DNA of 47,301 nucleotides from Clostridia bacterium. GTDB taxonomy: Bacteria > Bacillota > Clostridia > Lachnospirales > Cellulosilyticaceae. A program made the translations under genes and the position numbers. Location: NCBI GenBank assembly GCA_029256345.1, contig JAQSYC010000025.1:1-47301 (forward strand), written 5' to 3'. A model generated the notes under the pieces. It was given only the letters and a program-made list of their open reading frames with translations, was not told the origin of the DNA and did not search any database. Below, in pieces: positions 29,383 to 39,145 of this stretch (the stretch's first letter is position 1; each line of letters starts with the position of its first letter).

Positions 29383-30441
29383 ATGAATAATGATTCGAAG
29401 AAAGCGTTAGATGCAGCTATTTTACAGATACAAAAACAGTTTGGAAAAGGTTCTATCATGAAACTGGGTGAAGCCACTGAGACGAATATATCTACATTTC
29501 CCAGCGGTTCATTAAGTTTAGATATTGCCCTAGGGGTAGGCGGTATACCGAGAGGAAGAATTATTGAAGTGTTTGGACCAGAATCATCAGGTAAAACAAC
29601 GGTTACTTTGCATATGATTGCAGAAGTACAGAAAAAAGGCGGTATAGCAGCCTTTATAGATGCAGAACATGCGCTGGATCCGGCCTATGCCAAAAAATTA
29701 GGTGTTAATATTGACGAACTCTATATTTCACAACCTGATAACGGGGAGCAGGCTTTAGAAATTGCAGAGACAATGGTAAGGTCTGGGGCTATTGACTTAG
29801 TAGTCATTGACTCAGTAGCAGCCTTGGTACCAAGGGCTGAGATAGAAGGGGACATGGGTGACTCTCATATGGGACTTCAAGCAAGGCTTATGTCTCAAGC
29901 ACTTAGAAAGCTCACAGGAGTCGTTAATAAGTCTAAGTGTACAGTTACTTTCATCAATCAGCTTCGAGAAAAAGTAGGCATTACCTTTGGGAGCAATGAA
30001 ACAACAACAGGAGGCAGGGCACTTAAGTTCTATGCTTCGATCCGATTAGATGTAAGAAAAATAGAGACTTTAAAACAAAGCAATGAATTTATTGGAAGTC
30101 GCACAAGGATTAAGGTCGTTAAAAATAAAGTGGCACCGCCTTTTCAACAGGCTGAATTTGATATTATGTATGGTGAAGGGATATCCAGAGAGGGAGATGT
30201 TCTCGATCTAGCGGCAAACATAGATATCGTTAATAAGAGTGGTGCATGGTATTCTTATGGAGATATTAGACTGGGACAAGGCAGAGAAAATGCAAAGGTC
30301 TATATGAAAGAACATCCTGAAGTTCTTGGAGAAGTAGAAAATAAAGTACGAGCGCATTATGGGATAAAGACAACAGGAGAAAAAGACGCTGATGAGCTAA
30401 TCGAGGAGCCAATATCCTTATTAGATGAGTTAGAGGAATAG
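29383..30441 (+). CDS. recA: Recombinase A
   Basis: [36 protein letters not shown]; GAGGTG RBS before ATG 29383. Confidence 0.98.
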   Translation: MNNDSKKALDAAILQIQKQFGKGSIMKLGEATETNISTFPSGSLSLDIALGVGGIPRGRIIEVFGPESSGKTTVTLHMIAEVQKKGGIAAFIDAEHALDPAYAKKLGVNIDELYISQPDNGEQALEIAETMVRSGAIDLVVIDSVAALVPRAEIEGDMGDSHMGLQARLMSQALRKLTGVVNKSKCTVTFINQLREKVGITFGSNETTTGGRALKFYASIRLDVRKIETLKQSNEFIGSRTRIKVVKNKVAPPFQQAEFDIMYGEGISREGDVLDLAANIDIVNKSGAWYSYGDIRLGQGRENAKVYMKEHPEVLGEVENKVRAHYGIKTTGEKDADELIEEPISLLDELEE

Positions 30442-30442
30442 A

Positions 30443-30471
30443 AAAGATAGAGGAAACTCTATCTTTTTTTT
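30443..30471 (+). terminator. Intrinsic terminator after recA
   Basis: AAAAGATAGAG-GAAA-CTCTATCTTTTTTTT. Confidence 0.85.
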
Positions 30472-30544
30472 AGATTATTCGCTAGCAAGATGCACAAAAG
30501 TGTAGTTTGTCCTAGATATTCTAAGGGTATATCTCACCGTATGC

Positions 30545-30573
30545 TTGACAGTATTTTTAAAAAGTTATACAAT
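30545..30573 (+). promoter_or_regulatory. Sigma-A promoter of rny
   Basis: TTGACA-N17-TACAAT. Confidence 0.7.
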
Positions 30574-30609
30574 TATGTTGTTATTTGCACATAGCTAAAA
30601 ATCAGGGAG

Positions 30610-32178
30610 GTGGTAAATATCAATAGTGGTGAAATAATATTTATAATAGTTGGATTGATTGTAGTTATATTAGTTGGAATAATAGCCTTTTCTAGCGGCA
30701 TATTTTATAGAAAACGTATAGCTGAAGCGCAAATTGGATCTGCGGAAGAGAAATCACGAAGAATTATAGACGATGCTATAAAAACTGGGGAAGCTAAAAA
30801 AAGAGAAATGCTTTTAGAAGCTAAAGAAGAAAATATTCGTATTAAAAATGAACTTGATAAAGAGGTCAGAGAACGAAGAAATGAACTTCAGCAGTTGGAA
30901 AAAAGGTTGGTTCATAAGGAAGAGACTCTTGATAAAAAGACGTCTGTTCTAGAGCAAAAAGACGAACATCTTCAACAAAAAATTGATAGTATTGAAAAAG
31001 TAAAAGCGGAGATCGAGCTTCTCCATAAAAAACATCTGGAAGAGCTTGAGAGAATATCAGGACTCACTCTAACAGAAGCTAAACAATATCTCTTAAGGAC
31101 AATTGAAGATGAAGTGAGACATGAGTCTGCTATATTAATTAAGGATATTGAGGCTAAGACAAAAATTGAAGCAGATAAGAAAGCCAAAGAAATCTTGACA
31201 AATGCTATCCAAAGATGTGCGGTAGACCACGTGGTTGATACTACTGTATCTGTAGTTCCTTTACCAAACGACGAGATGAAGGGAAGAATTATAGGTAGAG
31301 AAGGGCGTAATATTCGCACCCTTGAGACCTTAACGGGAATAGATCTTATTATAGATGATACGCCAGAGGCAGTTATTTTATCTGGATTTGATCCAATAAG
31401 AAGAGAAGTGGCAAGAGTTGCACTTGAAAAGTTAATTGTAGATGGACGTATCCATCCAGCACGTATTGAAGAAATGGTAGAAAAGGCTAAAAAAGAAGTG
31501 GAAGTACTGATTAGAGAAGAAGGAGAAGCAGCAACATTTGAAACAGGCGTACATGGGCTTCATCCGGAACTGATTAGATTATTAGGAAAAATGAAATTTA
31601 GAACGAGCTATGGACAAAATGTTCTTAGACATTCCATAGAAGTTTCTAACTTAGCCGGACTTATTGCAGCTGAGCTGGGACTGGATATCAGAATTGCTAA
31701 ACGTGCAGGATTACTTCATGATATTGGTAAATCCGTTGATTATGAGGTTGAAGGTTCACATGTAAGTATTGGTGCAAATCTATGTCGAAAATATGGGGAA
31801 AATCCTGTCGTTATTAACGCAGTAGAAGCTCACCATGGAGATGTTGAACCCGAAACAGCGATAGCAGTTATTATTCAGGCAGCAGACACGATTTCTGCGG
31901 CAAGACCTGGAGCGAGAAGAGAAACTTTAGAAACGTATATTAAGAGACTTCAAAAATTAGAAGAGATTGCAACATCCTTTAAAGGGGTTGAAAAATCGTT
32001 TGCTATTCAAGCAGGCCGAGAAGTTAGAATTATGGTAATACCGGAAGAAATAGATGATAACGGTTTAGTGTTACTTGCAAGAGATGTTACCAAACGTATT
32101 GAAAATGATTTGGAATATCCAGGGCAGATAAAAGTAAGTATCATCAGAGAAACAAGAGCAACTGAATATGCAAAATAA
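30610..32178 (+). CDS. rny: Ribonuclease Y
   Basis: N-terminal TM, coiled coil, KH ([13 protein letters not shown]) and HD (GLLHDIGK) domains; follows recA. Confidence 0.97.
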   Translation: MVNINSGEIIFIIVGLIVVILVGIIAFSSGIFYRKRIAEAQIGSAEEKSRRIIDDAIKTGEAKKREMLLEAKEENIRIKNELDKEVRERRNELQQLEKRLVHKEETLDKKTSVLEQKDEHLQQKIDSIEKVKAEIELLHKKHLEELERISGLTLTEAKQYLLRTIEDEVRHESAILIKDIEAKTKIEADKKAKEILTNAIQRCAVDHVVDTTVSVVPLPNDEMKGRIIGREGRNIRTLETLTGIDLIIDDTPEAVILSGFDPIRREVARVALEKLIVDGRIHPARIEEMVEKAKKEVEVLIREEGEAATFETGVHGLHPELIRLLGKMKFRTSYGQNVLRHSIEVSNLAGLIAAELGLDIRIAKRAGLLHDIGKSVDYEVEGSHVSIGANLCRKYGENPVVINAVEAHHGDVEPETAIAVIIQAADTISAARPGARRETLETYIKRLQKLEEIATSFKGVEKSFAIQAGREVRIMVIPEEIDDNGLVLLARDVTKRIENDLEYPGQIKVSIIRETRATEYAK

Positions 32179-32179
32179 G

Positions 32180-32209
32180 AATAGCGATACGTAAAGTATC
32201 GCTGTTTTT
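32180..32209 (+). terminator. Intrinsic terminator after rny
   Basis: AATAGCGATAC-GTAAA-GTATCGCTGTTTTT. Confidence 0.8.
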
Positions 32210-32240
32210 ATGAAGTGAAATGGTTTAAGGTGTACTGTCA

Positions 32241-32285
32241 AATACCGAACAAATAAATCGGTTATTTCAAAAATGTTCGATAAAA
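32241..32285 (+). promoter_or_regulatory. Paired inverted PurBoxes (PurR operator)
   Basis: AATACCGAAC...GTTCGAT with GAAC-N24-GTTC spacing directly upstream of purB. Confidence 0.75.
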
Positions 32286-32350
32286 GTTGTAAAATGTATT
32301 ATTTTTTAATATAATAAAAGTATAATACTTATTTTGAAAGGAAAAATAAC

Positions 32351-33781
32351 ATGAGAGATTCCTACAAAAGTCCTTTAGAAGGCAGATATGCTAGTCGAGA
32401 GATGTTGTACTTATTTTCAGAAGAGAAAAAGTTCAAAACCTGGAGAAAATTATGGGTGATATTAGCTGAGACAGAACATGAACTGGGATTAAATGTAACA
32501 GAAGAGCAGGTAGAAGAACTAAAAAGATATATGGAAGATATTAATTATGAAGTAGCAGAAGCTTGGGAAAATAAAGTTCGCCATGATGTTATGGCGCATG
32601 TGCATGCTTACGGCGAGCAAGCACCAAAAGCTATGCCTATCATACATCTTGGTGCTACGAGCTGTTATGTGGGAGATAATACGGATCTTATCATTATGTA
32701 TGAAGGGTTAGAAATGATACGCAAAAAGTTAATTAACATTATTGATAAGTTATCTAAATTTGCATTAGACTATAAAGATTTACCTACCCTTGGGTTTACC
32801 CATTTGCAGCCAGCTCAGCTTACGACAGTAGGCAAAAGAGCGACGCTTTGGATGCAGGATTTGTGGTTAGATGTGACAGAGATTAGTGCATTGCTTGAAA
32901 AGAAAAGGCTCAGAGGAGCAAAAGGTACCACTGGAACGCAGGCAACCTTTTTAACCTTATTTGAAGGAGACTATGAGAAAGTCAAAAAGCTTGATCAGAC
33001 TATAGCTAAAAAATTAGGTTATGAAGAAGTGTACCCTGTTACGGGACAAACCTATACGAGAAAATTTGATTCACAGGTGCTTAATCTATTAAGTCAAATA
33101 GCTCAGTCTGCTTATAAATTTAGTAATGATATAAGAATTCTGCAGCATTTGAAGGAGGTAGAAGAACCTTTTGAAAAAAATCAAATCGGATCGTCAGCTA
33201 TGGCTTACAAACGCAATCCTATGCGAACAGAGCGTATTTCAGCGCTTGCCCGTTATGTGATTTGTGATAGTTTAAACCCAGCTATTACTGCGTCAACCCA
33301 ATGGTTTGAAAGGACATTAGATGATAGTGCCAATAAGAGGATAGCAGTATCAGAGGCCTTTTTAGCCATTGATGCAATACTAGAAATTTATCTGAATGTG
33401 GCATCAGGTTTAGTAGTCTATCCAAAGGTGATTGAAAAACACATTAAAGAAGAATTACCTTTTATGGCTACAGAAGTGATTCTGATGGAAGGGGTTAAAC
33501 GTGGAGGCGACAGGCAAGAACTGCATGAAAAGGTGAGGGTGCTTTCTATGGAGGCGGCGAGAGAGGTTAAGGAGCATGGAAGAACCAATGATTTGATTGA
33601 ACGGATTATCAAAGATGGTACATTTAATATGACAGAAAAAGAGCTTTATGAGCTGTTAGAACCAGAAAACTTTATTGGATGTGCGGCTATGCAAGTGACT
33701 GATTTTGTTACAGAGATTATTAACCCCTTGCTGCAAGTCAATAAAGATATTTTAGGTATAGAAGGCAATGTAAGGGTTTAA
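32351..33781 (+). CDS. purB: Adenylosuccinate lyase
   Basis: RHDVMAH, HLGATS, GFTHLQPAQ, GSSAMAYKRNP. Confidence 0.96.
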   Translation: MRDSYKSPLEGRYASREMLYLFSEEKKFKTWRKLWVILAETEHELGLNVTEEQVEELKRYMEDINYEVAEAWENKVRHDVMAHVHAYGEQAPKAMPIIHLGATSCYVGDNTDLIIMYEGLEMIRKKLINIIDKLSKFALDYKDLPTLGFTHLQPAQLTTVGKRATLWMQDLWLDVTEISALLEKKRLRGAKGTTGTQATFLTLFEGDYEKVKKLDQTIAKKLGYEEVYPVTGQTYTRKFDSQVLNLLSQIAQSAYKFSNDIRILQHLKEVEEPFEKNQIGSSAMAYKRNPMRTERISALARYVICDSLNPAITASTQWFERTLDDSANKRIAVSEAFLAIDAILEIYLNVASGLVVYPKVIEKHIKEELPFMATEVILMEGVKRGGDRQELHEKVRVLSMEAAREVKEHGRTNDLIERIIKDGTFNMTEKELYELLEPENFIGCAAMQVTDFVTEIINPLLQVNKDILGIEGNVRV

Positions 33782-33788
33782 TAAGGAG

Positions 33789-33825
33789 AAAAGAAGGGCA
33801 AACCCAATGGGTTTGCCCTTCTTTT
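33789..33825. terminator. Bidirectional terminator
   Basis: AAAAGAAGGGCAAACCC/GGGTTTGCCCTTCTTTT perfect inverted repeat between convergent genes. Confidence 0.85.
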
Positions 33826-34768
33826 ATTTCTTGTCAGAAGACATAACTTCTTTGATGCCTTTGAAAGTTCCTAAGAAATTGATAGCATCAGAAGGAAGTA
33901 CAAGTTTACTTGAATCTCCTTCTGCAATTTTCTCAAGAGCTTCCATAGAACGGATAGCAAGGATGTTATCGTCTACACCGGATTCTTTGATGGCGGTAAA
34001 TACAGCTTTAATACCTTCTGCTTTAGCTTGCTGGATACTCATAATAGCTGCCGCTTCTCCTTCGGCTCTTAAAATATCTGCCTGTTTTTGACCTTCAGCA
34101 GATCTTACTAGAGATTCTTTTTTAGCTTCAGCACCTAAAATAGTGGCTTCTTTGTCTCCTTCAGCAAGCAGTATAGCAGCTCTTTTTTGACCTTCAGCAG
34201 TCAGAACAGATTCGCGTCTTTGTCTCTCGGCACGCATTTGCTTTTCCATAGCTTCCTGAATATCTTTGGGAGGGAGAATGTTTTTGAGTTCTACCCGGTT
34301 TACCCGGATGCCCCATTTATCGGTGGCTTCATCTAAAATGACTCTTAGTTTAGTATTGATAATATCTCTTGAAGTAAGGGTTTCATCTAAATCAAGATCA
34401 CCAATAATATTACGAAGTGTGGTAGCTGTAAGATTTTCGATAGCGCTGATAGGATTAGCAATTTCAAAAATATAATAGACAGGGTCAGTTACTCTATAAT
34501 AAACAACCGTATCAATCTGCATGGTAACATTGTCCTTGGTTATAACAGGCTGCGGTGGAAAATCAATCACCACTTCTCTTAAATCCACAACTTTATAAAT
34601 CTGCTCAATGAAAGGAACGATAAAATTAACGCCTATTTCAGCTTTGCGGCTAAATTTACCGAGCCTGAGTACAATACCTACAGTAGATTGTCTAATAATT
34701 TTGATAGAACTAAAACTTACAATCAGTATAAAAACTAATAAAATAACAATAACGACAGTACTAATCAT
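33824..34768 (-). CDS. SPFH/band 7 (stomatin-like, QmcA-like) protein
   Basis: N-terminal TM, VITKDNV, TTLRNIIG, WGIRVNRVE, QMRAER. Confidence 0.92.
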   Translation of the reverse strand: MISTVVIVILLVFILIVSFSSIKIIRQSTVGIVLRLGKFSRKAEIGVNFIVPFIEQIYKVVDLREVVIDFPPQPVITKDNVTMQIDTVVYYRVTDPVYYIFEIANPISAIENLTATTLRNIIGDLDLDETLTSRDIINTKLRVILDEATDKWGIRVNRVELKNILPPKDIQEAMEKQMRAERQRRESVLTAEGQKRAAILLAEGDKEATILGAEAKKESLVRSAEGQKQADILRAEGEAAAIMSIQQAKAEGIKAVFTAIKESGVDDNILAIRSMEALEKIAEGDSSKLVLPSDAINFLGTFKGIKEVMSSDKK

Positions 34769-35216
34769 TGGGGAGTCCTCCTTGGGTTTTTATTTCAGAT
34801 ACGATAATACGTACTCCTTTTATTTCGTGGATCTCTACAACGGCTCCTTTTTTGATTATTTCACCATTTTTGGATAAAGCAGTCCAGATTTCCCCATCTA
34901 ATTTAACGAGTCCGCTTTCAAAGCTATCTTTACCTATATCGGTGGTTACAATACCTTTTCGGCCGATTAAACTGTCTGTATTTGTAAGTGTTGTGTGACC
35001 AGAATTAAATTTTTTTGAGAAATAACGCGTGAGAGTGATAAGTAGTGTCAGTGAGACCAGTAGAAAAGCAATACTTTGATAGATAATGTTTTCCGTGAAA
35101 AATGAAACAATTATGGTAAAGAAGGCACCTATTGCAAACCAAATAAGAAAAAAACCACTATAAAGCATCTCTGCAATACTAAAAGCAATACCTACTATAA
35201 GCCATAAAATCCACAT
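34761..35216 (-). CDS. NfeD family protein (short form)
   Basis: TM helices plus LIGRKGIV...GLVKLDGEIWTA OB-fold; overlaps the SPFH start; AAGGGG RBS before ATG 35216. Confidence 0.88.
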   Translation of the reverse strand: MWILWLIVGIAFSIAEMLYSGFFLIWFAIGAFFTIIVSFFTENIIYQSIAFLLVSLTLLITLTRYFSKKFNSGHTTLTNTDSLIGRKGIVTTDIGKDSFESGLVKLDGEIWTALSKNGEIIKKGAVVEIHEIKGVRIIVSEIKTQGGLPND

Positions 35217-35355
35217 AGCAATCCCCCTTTTTGAGTGATATTTATAGTTAAAGTATAGCATAGATATAAGAATAAACCTATTAAAAGATTAACACAAGGT
35301 GAAAGGATGATGATATAATAGGCGATATAAAACACTAAAAGAAGGAAGTGGCAAG

Positions 35356-36156
35356 ATGAAAGAAATAGGGTTTATTGGAATAGGTAATATGGGCGGAGCT
35401 ATGGCTAAAGCTGTTGCTGATCGTCATTTTGAGAAAATAGCGGTATATGACCATAATAAAGCTGCTTATGACAAATTCTTGAAGTATAGCAATATTAGCG
35501 TATGCAATACGCTAGAAGAGTTAATTGTGCAGGTTAAATATATTGTTTTATCTGTAAAACCCCAGTTTTATCAAGAAGTTTGCAAGACAATTAAAAACTA
35601 TTTAAAAGAGGATCAGATTGTTATTACTGTGGCGCCAGGGTACAGTATTGCGATGATAAAAGGACTTCTTGGAGAAAAGGTTAAGGTTATACGGACAATG
35701 CCTAATACACCAGCTCTTATAGGAGAAGGTGTAACAGCATATGCTTATCATGAAAATGAATTATCCGGAGAAGAAATAGATGTTTTTTTAGAACTTTTTA
35801 ACAGCTTTGGAAAGACCATTCGTGTAGACGAAAAGCTTATGGCAGCGGTAGTGGCGACTTCGGGCAGTTCTCCAGCTTATGCCTATATGTTTATTGAAGC
35901 TATGGCAGATGCGGCTGTGAGTTTTGGGATGCCACGGCAGATGGCTTATGAAATGTCAGCTATAGCTATAAAAGGGGCGTGTGAGATGGTTCTGCAGACC
36001 AAAAAACATCCTGGAGAGCTTAAAGATGCAGTTACATCACCGGGAGGGACAACCATACAAGCAGTCGCAGCATTAGAGGAGACAGGCTTTAGAAATAGTG
36101 TTATTAAAGGCATGCAAGCTTGCTACAACAAGGCAAATCAAATGTCTGGAGAGTAG
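35356..36156 (+). CDS. proC: Pyrroline-5-carboxylate reductase
   Basis: GFIGIGNMG, RTMPNTP, SGSSPAY, VTSPGGTT. Confidence 0.96.
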   Translation: MKEIGFIGIGNMGGAMAKAVADRHFEKIAVYDHNKAAYDKFLKYSNISVCNTLEELIVQVKYIVLSVKPQFYQEVCKTIKNYLKEDQIVITVAPGYSIAMIKGLLGEKVKVIRTMPNTPALIGEGVTAYAYHENELSGEEIDVFLELFNSFGKTIRVDEKLMAAVVATSGSSPAYAYMFIEAMADAAVSFGMPRQMAYEMSAIAIKGACEMVLQTKKHPGELKDAVTSPGGTTIQAVAALEETGFRNSVIKGMQACYNKANQMSGE

Positions 36157-36172
36157 GGGATGGAGGTTAGTG

Positions 36173-36697
36173 ATGAGACTGATTAATCGCGAGATAGTTT
36201 ATAAGGGAAAGATTTTTGACGTAGCAGAAGATACTATTGAAATAGAAAAAGGTAAAGTAACTAAATGGGACTTGGTGCTGCATAACGGTGCCACAGCTAT
36301 CGTTCCTATAACAGAAAACAATGAAATTATTTTAGTCAGGCAGTATAGAAATGCAGAAAATGGAGAACTTTTGGAAATTCCCGCCGGCAAATTGGAAAAG
36401 GGGGAAGATCCTTATGATTGTGCAATGAGAGAACTTGAAGAGGAAACGGGCTATAGGGCAGGTCATATGGAGAAGGTGTGTGCGATGTTCAGTGCAGTGG
36501 GCTTTAGTGATGAAAAATTGCACCTTTATATAGCGACACAATTAAGGCTGGGCCAGCAAGATTTGGATGAAGATGAGTACATTACACTGGAAAAGTATCC
36601 ACTCTCTCAAGCCGTCAATATGATTTTTGAAGGTACGATTCAAGATAGCAAAACTATAGTGGGTATTTTTGCAGCTCAGCATTTTTTAAACAAATAG
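36173..36697 (+). CDS. nudF: NUDIX hydrolase, ADP-ribose pyrophosphatase-like
   Basis: LVRQYR, EIPAGKLE...AMRELEEETG Nudix box, QDSKT; GGAGG RBS; adjacent to spoIIM-like gene. Confidence 0.85.
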   Translation: MRLINREIVYKGKIFDVAEDTIEIEKGKVTKWDLVLHNGATAIVPITENNEIILVRQYRNAENGELLEIPAGKLEKGEDPYDCAMRELEEETGYRAGHMEKVCAMFSAVGFSDEKLHLYIATQLRLGQQDLDEDEYITLEKYPLSQAVNMIFEGTIQDSKTIVGIFAAQHFLNK

Positions 36698-36761
36698 TTC
36701 TAAAATAACAGCTTGTATCATAATTTGATTTAGAGTGTATAATTCTTATGGAGGATATCAC

Positions 36762-37190
36762 ATGAAGAAAAAATATGGTACAAGGCTTATGGCCTATTTA
36801 ACCCAAGACGTCATTGTAGTAGTACTGTTTGTTTTTGCTATCATATGCGGGAGTATGTATGCACTTTCTATGAAGGACAAGAATAGTACAGTTTTTTTGA
36901 TGCTTAACAATTATATGTTATCAGATAGTGAAATGACCTTTAAAATGGAGCGGTTTATAGCAGGACTCTATAGCTATCTCAAACAGCTGGCAGTTGTATG
37001 GGTCTTGGGGTTTTTTAGTTTCACGTTACCGCTTAGTATGGCGGCGCTTTTTGTCATGGCTTTTTCCTATGCTTTTACGACGACGTGTACCATCATGGTT
37101 TATGGTGTAAAAGGACTTGGTTGCCTGGTCTCTTTATTGGACGGCTGGACAGCATCTTATGGGCACACCCTTGCAGGAATGCTGTTATGA
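36762..37190 (+). CDS. spoIIM: Stage II sporulation protein M-like membrane protein (short)
   Basis: Hydrophobic, directly downstream of nudF as in spore-formers, GGAGG RBS; only 142 aa. Confidence 0.5.
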   Translation: MKKKYGTRLMAYLTQDVIVVVLFVFAIICGSMYALSMKDKNSTVFLMLNNYMLSDSEMTFKMERFIAGLYSYLKQLAVVWVLGFFSFTLPLSMAALFVMAFSYAFTTTCTIMVYGVKGLGCLVSLLDGWTASYGHTLAGMLL

Positions 37191-37292
37191 AATAAGAACA
37201 TGCAAAATTTTGCAACAAAATACTATAATGTGACAATTTTTTTATTGAAAAAAATAATATTTAAAATATTTTAATTATTATTAATGTATATA

Positions 37293-37320
37293 TTGACAAA
37301 ATAATGCACTATGTTATATT
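37293..37320 (+). promoter_or_regulatory. Sigma-A promoter upstream of the riboswitch
   Basis: TTGACA-N16-TATATT with a TGn extension. Confidence 0.5.
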
Positions 37321-37396
37321 ATTAGGGAAGAATTATCATATGTTTTTTGTTTGCATATGAATGTATAATTATAAAATAAATATTATAACTTGTTTT

Positions 37397-37473
37397 AAAG
37401 GCAAATTTATCGAAAGGTAGAGACGCAAAGCCACGAGTCTAAGGTTTCAATAGCTATGATAGTCGGGTTGCCA
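37397..37473 (+). ncRNA. Cyclic di-GMP-I (GEMM) riboswitch aptamer
   Basis: GGCAAA...GAAA tetraloop...GACGCAAAGC...GTCTAA...ATG...GGGTTGCC; upstream of flgB. Confidence 0.92.
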
Positions 37474-37653
37474 TGTATATAATTAGAATATGTATAATTG
37501 CAATATATCTTTATATAGGATATATATGACTACATACCATAACTATATTCGTGTATATTGAATGATAATATGCATGTTATTGTTATCGGTGTAATTGTGA
37601 TATGTATATTTAATAGATATAGGTGTGATTGTGATGTATATAATTACGAATTG

Positions 37654-37689
37654 TAGAGCCATGGTACTATACTATGGCTCTATTTTTTT
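37654..37689 (+). terminator. Intrinsic terminator in the flgB leader
   Basis: TAGAGCCATGGTA-CTA-TACTATGGCTCTA-TTTTTTT. Confidence 0.85.
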
Positions 37690-37842
37690 GAAAATTATTT
37701 AGAAAAGGAGTGGGTTTATTGAGTTAAAGAGATAAACAGCTAGTTTTAGAATAATCAAAAAATAAAATAAAGTTAGTACTTTAACAGATTAAAAAATTAA
37801 CATAAAATACCAGCGTTTTTAGAAGGTAGTTTGTAATATTTA

Positions 37843-37871
37843 TTGATTTATATGCGATTAAAATATATAAT
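37843..37871 (+). promoter_or_regulatory. Second sigma-A-like promoter proximal to flgB
   Basis: TTGATT-N17-TATAAT. Confidence 0.55.
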
Positions 37872-37964
37872 TGAACCTATAAAACGAAACATGTATTATT
37901 ATAGATTGAAAAGCCGATTTATAAAGTTAATATATAGGAATTTATAGCAGAAAGGGGGATTAAA

Positions 37965-38333
37965 GTGAATTTATTTGGGAATATAGATGTTATGAATAAA
38001 GTGCTTGATGCTACAATGCTCAAATATAATGTAATCAGTGACAATATAAGTAATGAGGATACGCCGGGTTATAAAAGAAAAGATGTTGCATTTGAAGCTC
38101 TTTTAGAAAAAGAAATTGACAAAAAGGGAGTAAAAAACATAAATATTGATAAAATTAGTCCTCAGATTTATATAGACAAGAAAAACTATTCTTCAAGAAT
38201 AGACGGCAATAATGTGGATATAGATACCGAAATGGCTGAGGCAGCAAAGATGAAATTGAAATATGATACGTTAATCGAAAGAACTTCATCACAATTAAAT
38301 CGCTTTAAAACAATCTTACAAACAATTAGATAA
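37965..38333 (+). CDS. flgB: Flagellar basal-body rod protein
   Basis: ISDNISNEDTPGYKRKDV, DGNNVDID. Confidence 0.95.
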   Translation: MNLFGNIDVMNKVLDATMLKYNVISDNISNEDTPGYKRKDVAFEALLEKEIDKKGVKNINIDKISPQIYIDKKNYSSRIDGNNVDIDTEMAEAAKMKLKYDTLIERTSSQLNRFKTILQTIR

Positions 38334-38350
38334 TAGCAAGGGGGAGAATT

Positions 38351-38788
38351 ATGGGATTTTTTGGTTCAATGGATACATCAACATCTGGATTAACAGCTCA
38401 AAGATTAAGACTAGATATTATTTCACAGAATATTGCTAATGCCAATACGACAAGAACTGCAGAAGGTGGTCCTTATAAAAGGAAGGCTGTTATATTTGAG
38501 GCAATTAATAATCCAGAAAGTTTCAATAGTGTCTTGAATAAATATACAGATTCTAAGAATAATGGTGTAAGAGTTTCGCAAATTATAGAGGATAATAAAC
38601 CATTTCCTACACAATACGATCCTAGTCACCCAGATGCAGATGAAAATGGATACGTACAGCTACCTAACGTCAACATGGTAGAAGAGATGGTTAATATGAT
38701 TTCTGCCAGTAGGTCATATGAAGCAAATGTAACCGCTTTTAATGCAATGAAAGCTATGGTTAGCAAGGCACTTGAAATAGGAAAATAA
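38351..38788 (+). CDS. flgC: Flagellar basal-body rod protein
   Basis: SGLTAQRLR, NIANANTTR, YDPSHPDA, SASRSYEAN. Confidence 0.97.
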   Translation: MGFFGSMDTSTSGLTAQRLRLDIISQNIANANTTRTAEGGPYKRKAVIFEAINNPESFNSVLNKYTDSKNNGVRVSQIIEDNKPFPTQYDPSHPDADENGYVQLPNVNMVEEMVNMISASRSYEANVTAFNAMKAMVSKALEIGK

Positions 38789-38805
38789 CATTAGGAGGAA
38801 TATAA

Positions 38806-39114
38806 ATGATACAGTCGCTACAACAACTACAGGGTGCCTCGTTAGGATTAGACAAGATCAACAATAGCACGAAATTAACAAGTGATTCGAGCTTTGTAGA
38901 CTCTTTGGAAATGGCTAAAAACTTGCTTAATACTGCTAATGAAGCGGAAGGTATAGCAAGTCAATATACTTATGATTTTATGACAGGTAAAAACGATAAT
39001 GTACATAGTTTAATGATAGCGCAAGAAAAATCCGGCATTTTATTACAGTTTACAATGCAGGTAAGAAATCAATTAATGGATGCTTATAAAGAAATAATGA
39101 GATTACCCATCTAA
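38806..39114 (+). CDS. fliE: Hook-basal body complex protein
   Basis: QVRNQLMDAYKEIMR C-terminus; position after flgC. Confidence 0.93.
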   Translation: MIQSLQQLQGASLGLDKINNSTKLTSDSSFVDSLEMAKNLLNTANEAEGIASQYTYDFMTGKNDNVHSLMIAQEKSGILLQFTMQVRNQLMDAYKEIMRLPI

Positions 39115-39145
39115 TGCCTGATTTTAAAAGGAACGAGGTGAATAC

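Noticed and set aside
32245-32280. LexA box upstream of purB
   Set aside because: GAAC and GTTC half-sites are 24 nt apart, which fits PurR rather than the 4-nt LexA spacing
37473-37595. Leader peptides of 10-18 codons in the riboswitch spacer
   Set aside because: Weak or absent RBS; short ORFs like these are expected in AT-rich sequence
37474-37964. C. difficile-style invertible flagellar switch in the flgB leader
   Set aside because: I found no convincing pair of ~20-bp flanking inverted repeats by eye and no recombinase in the window; orientation analysis of reads would settle it
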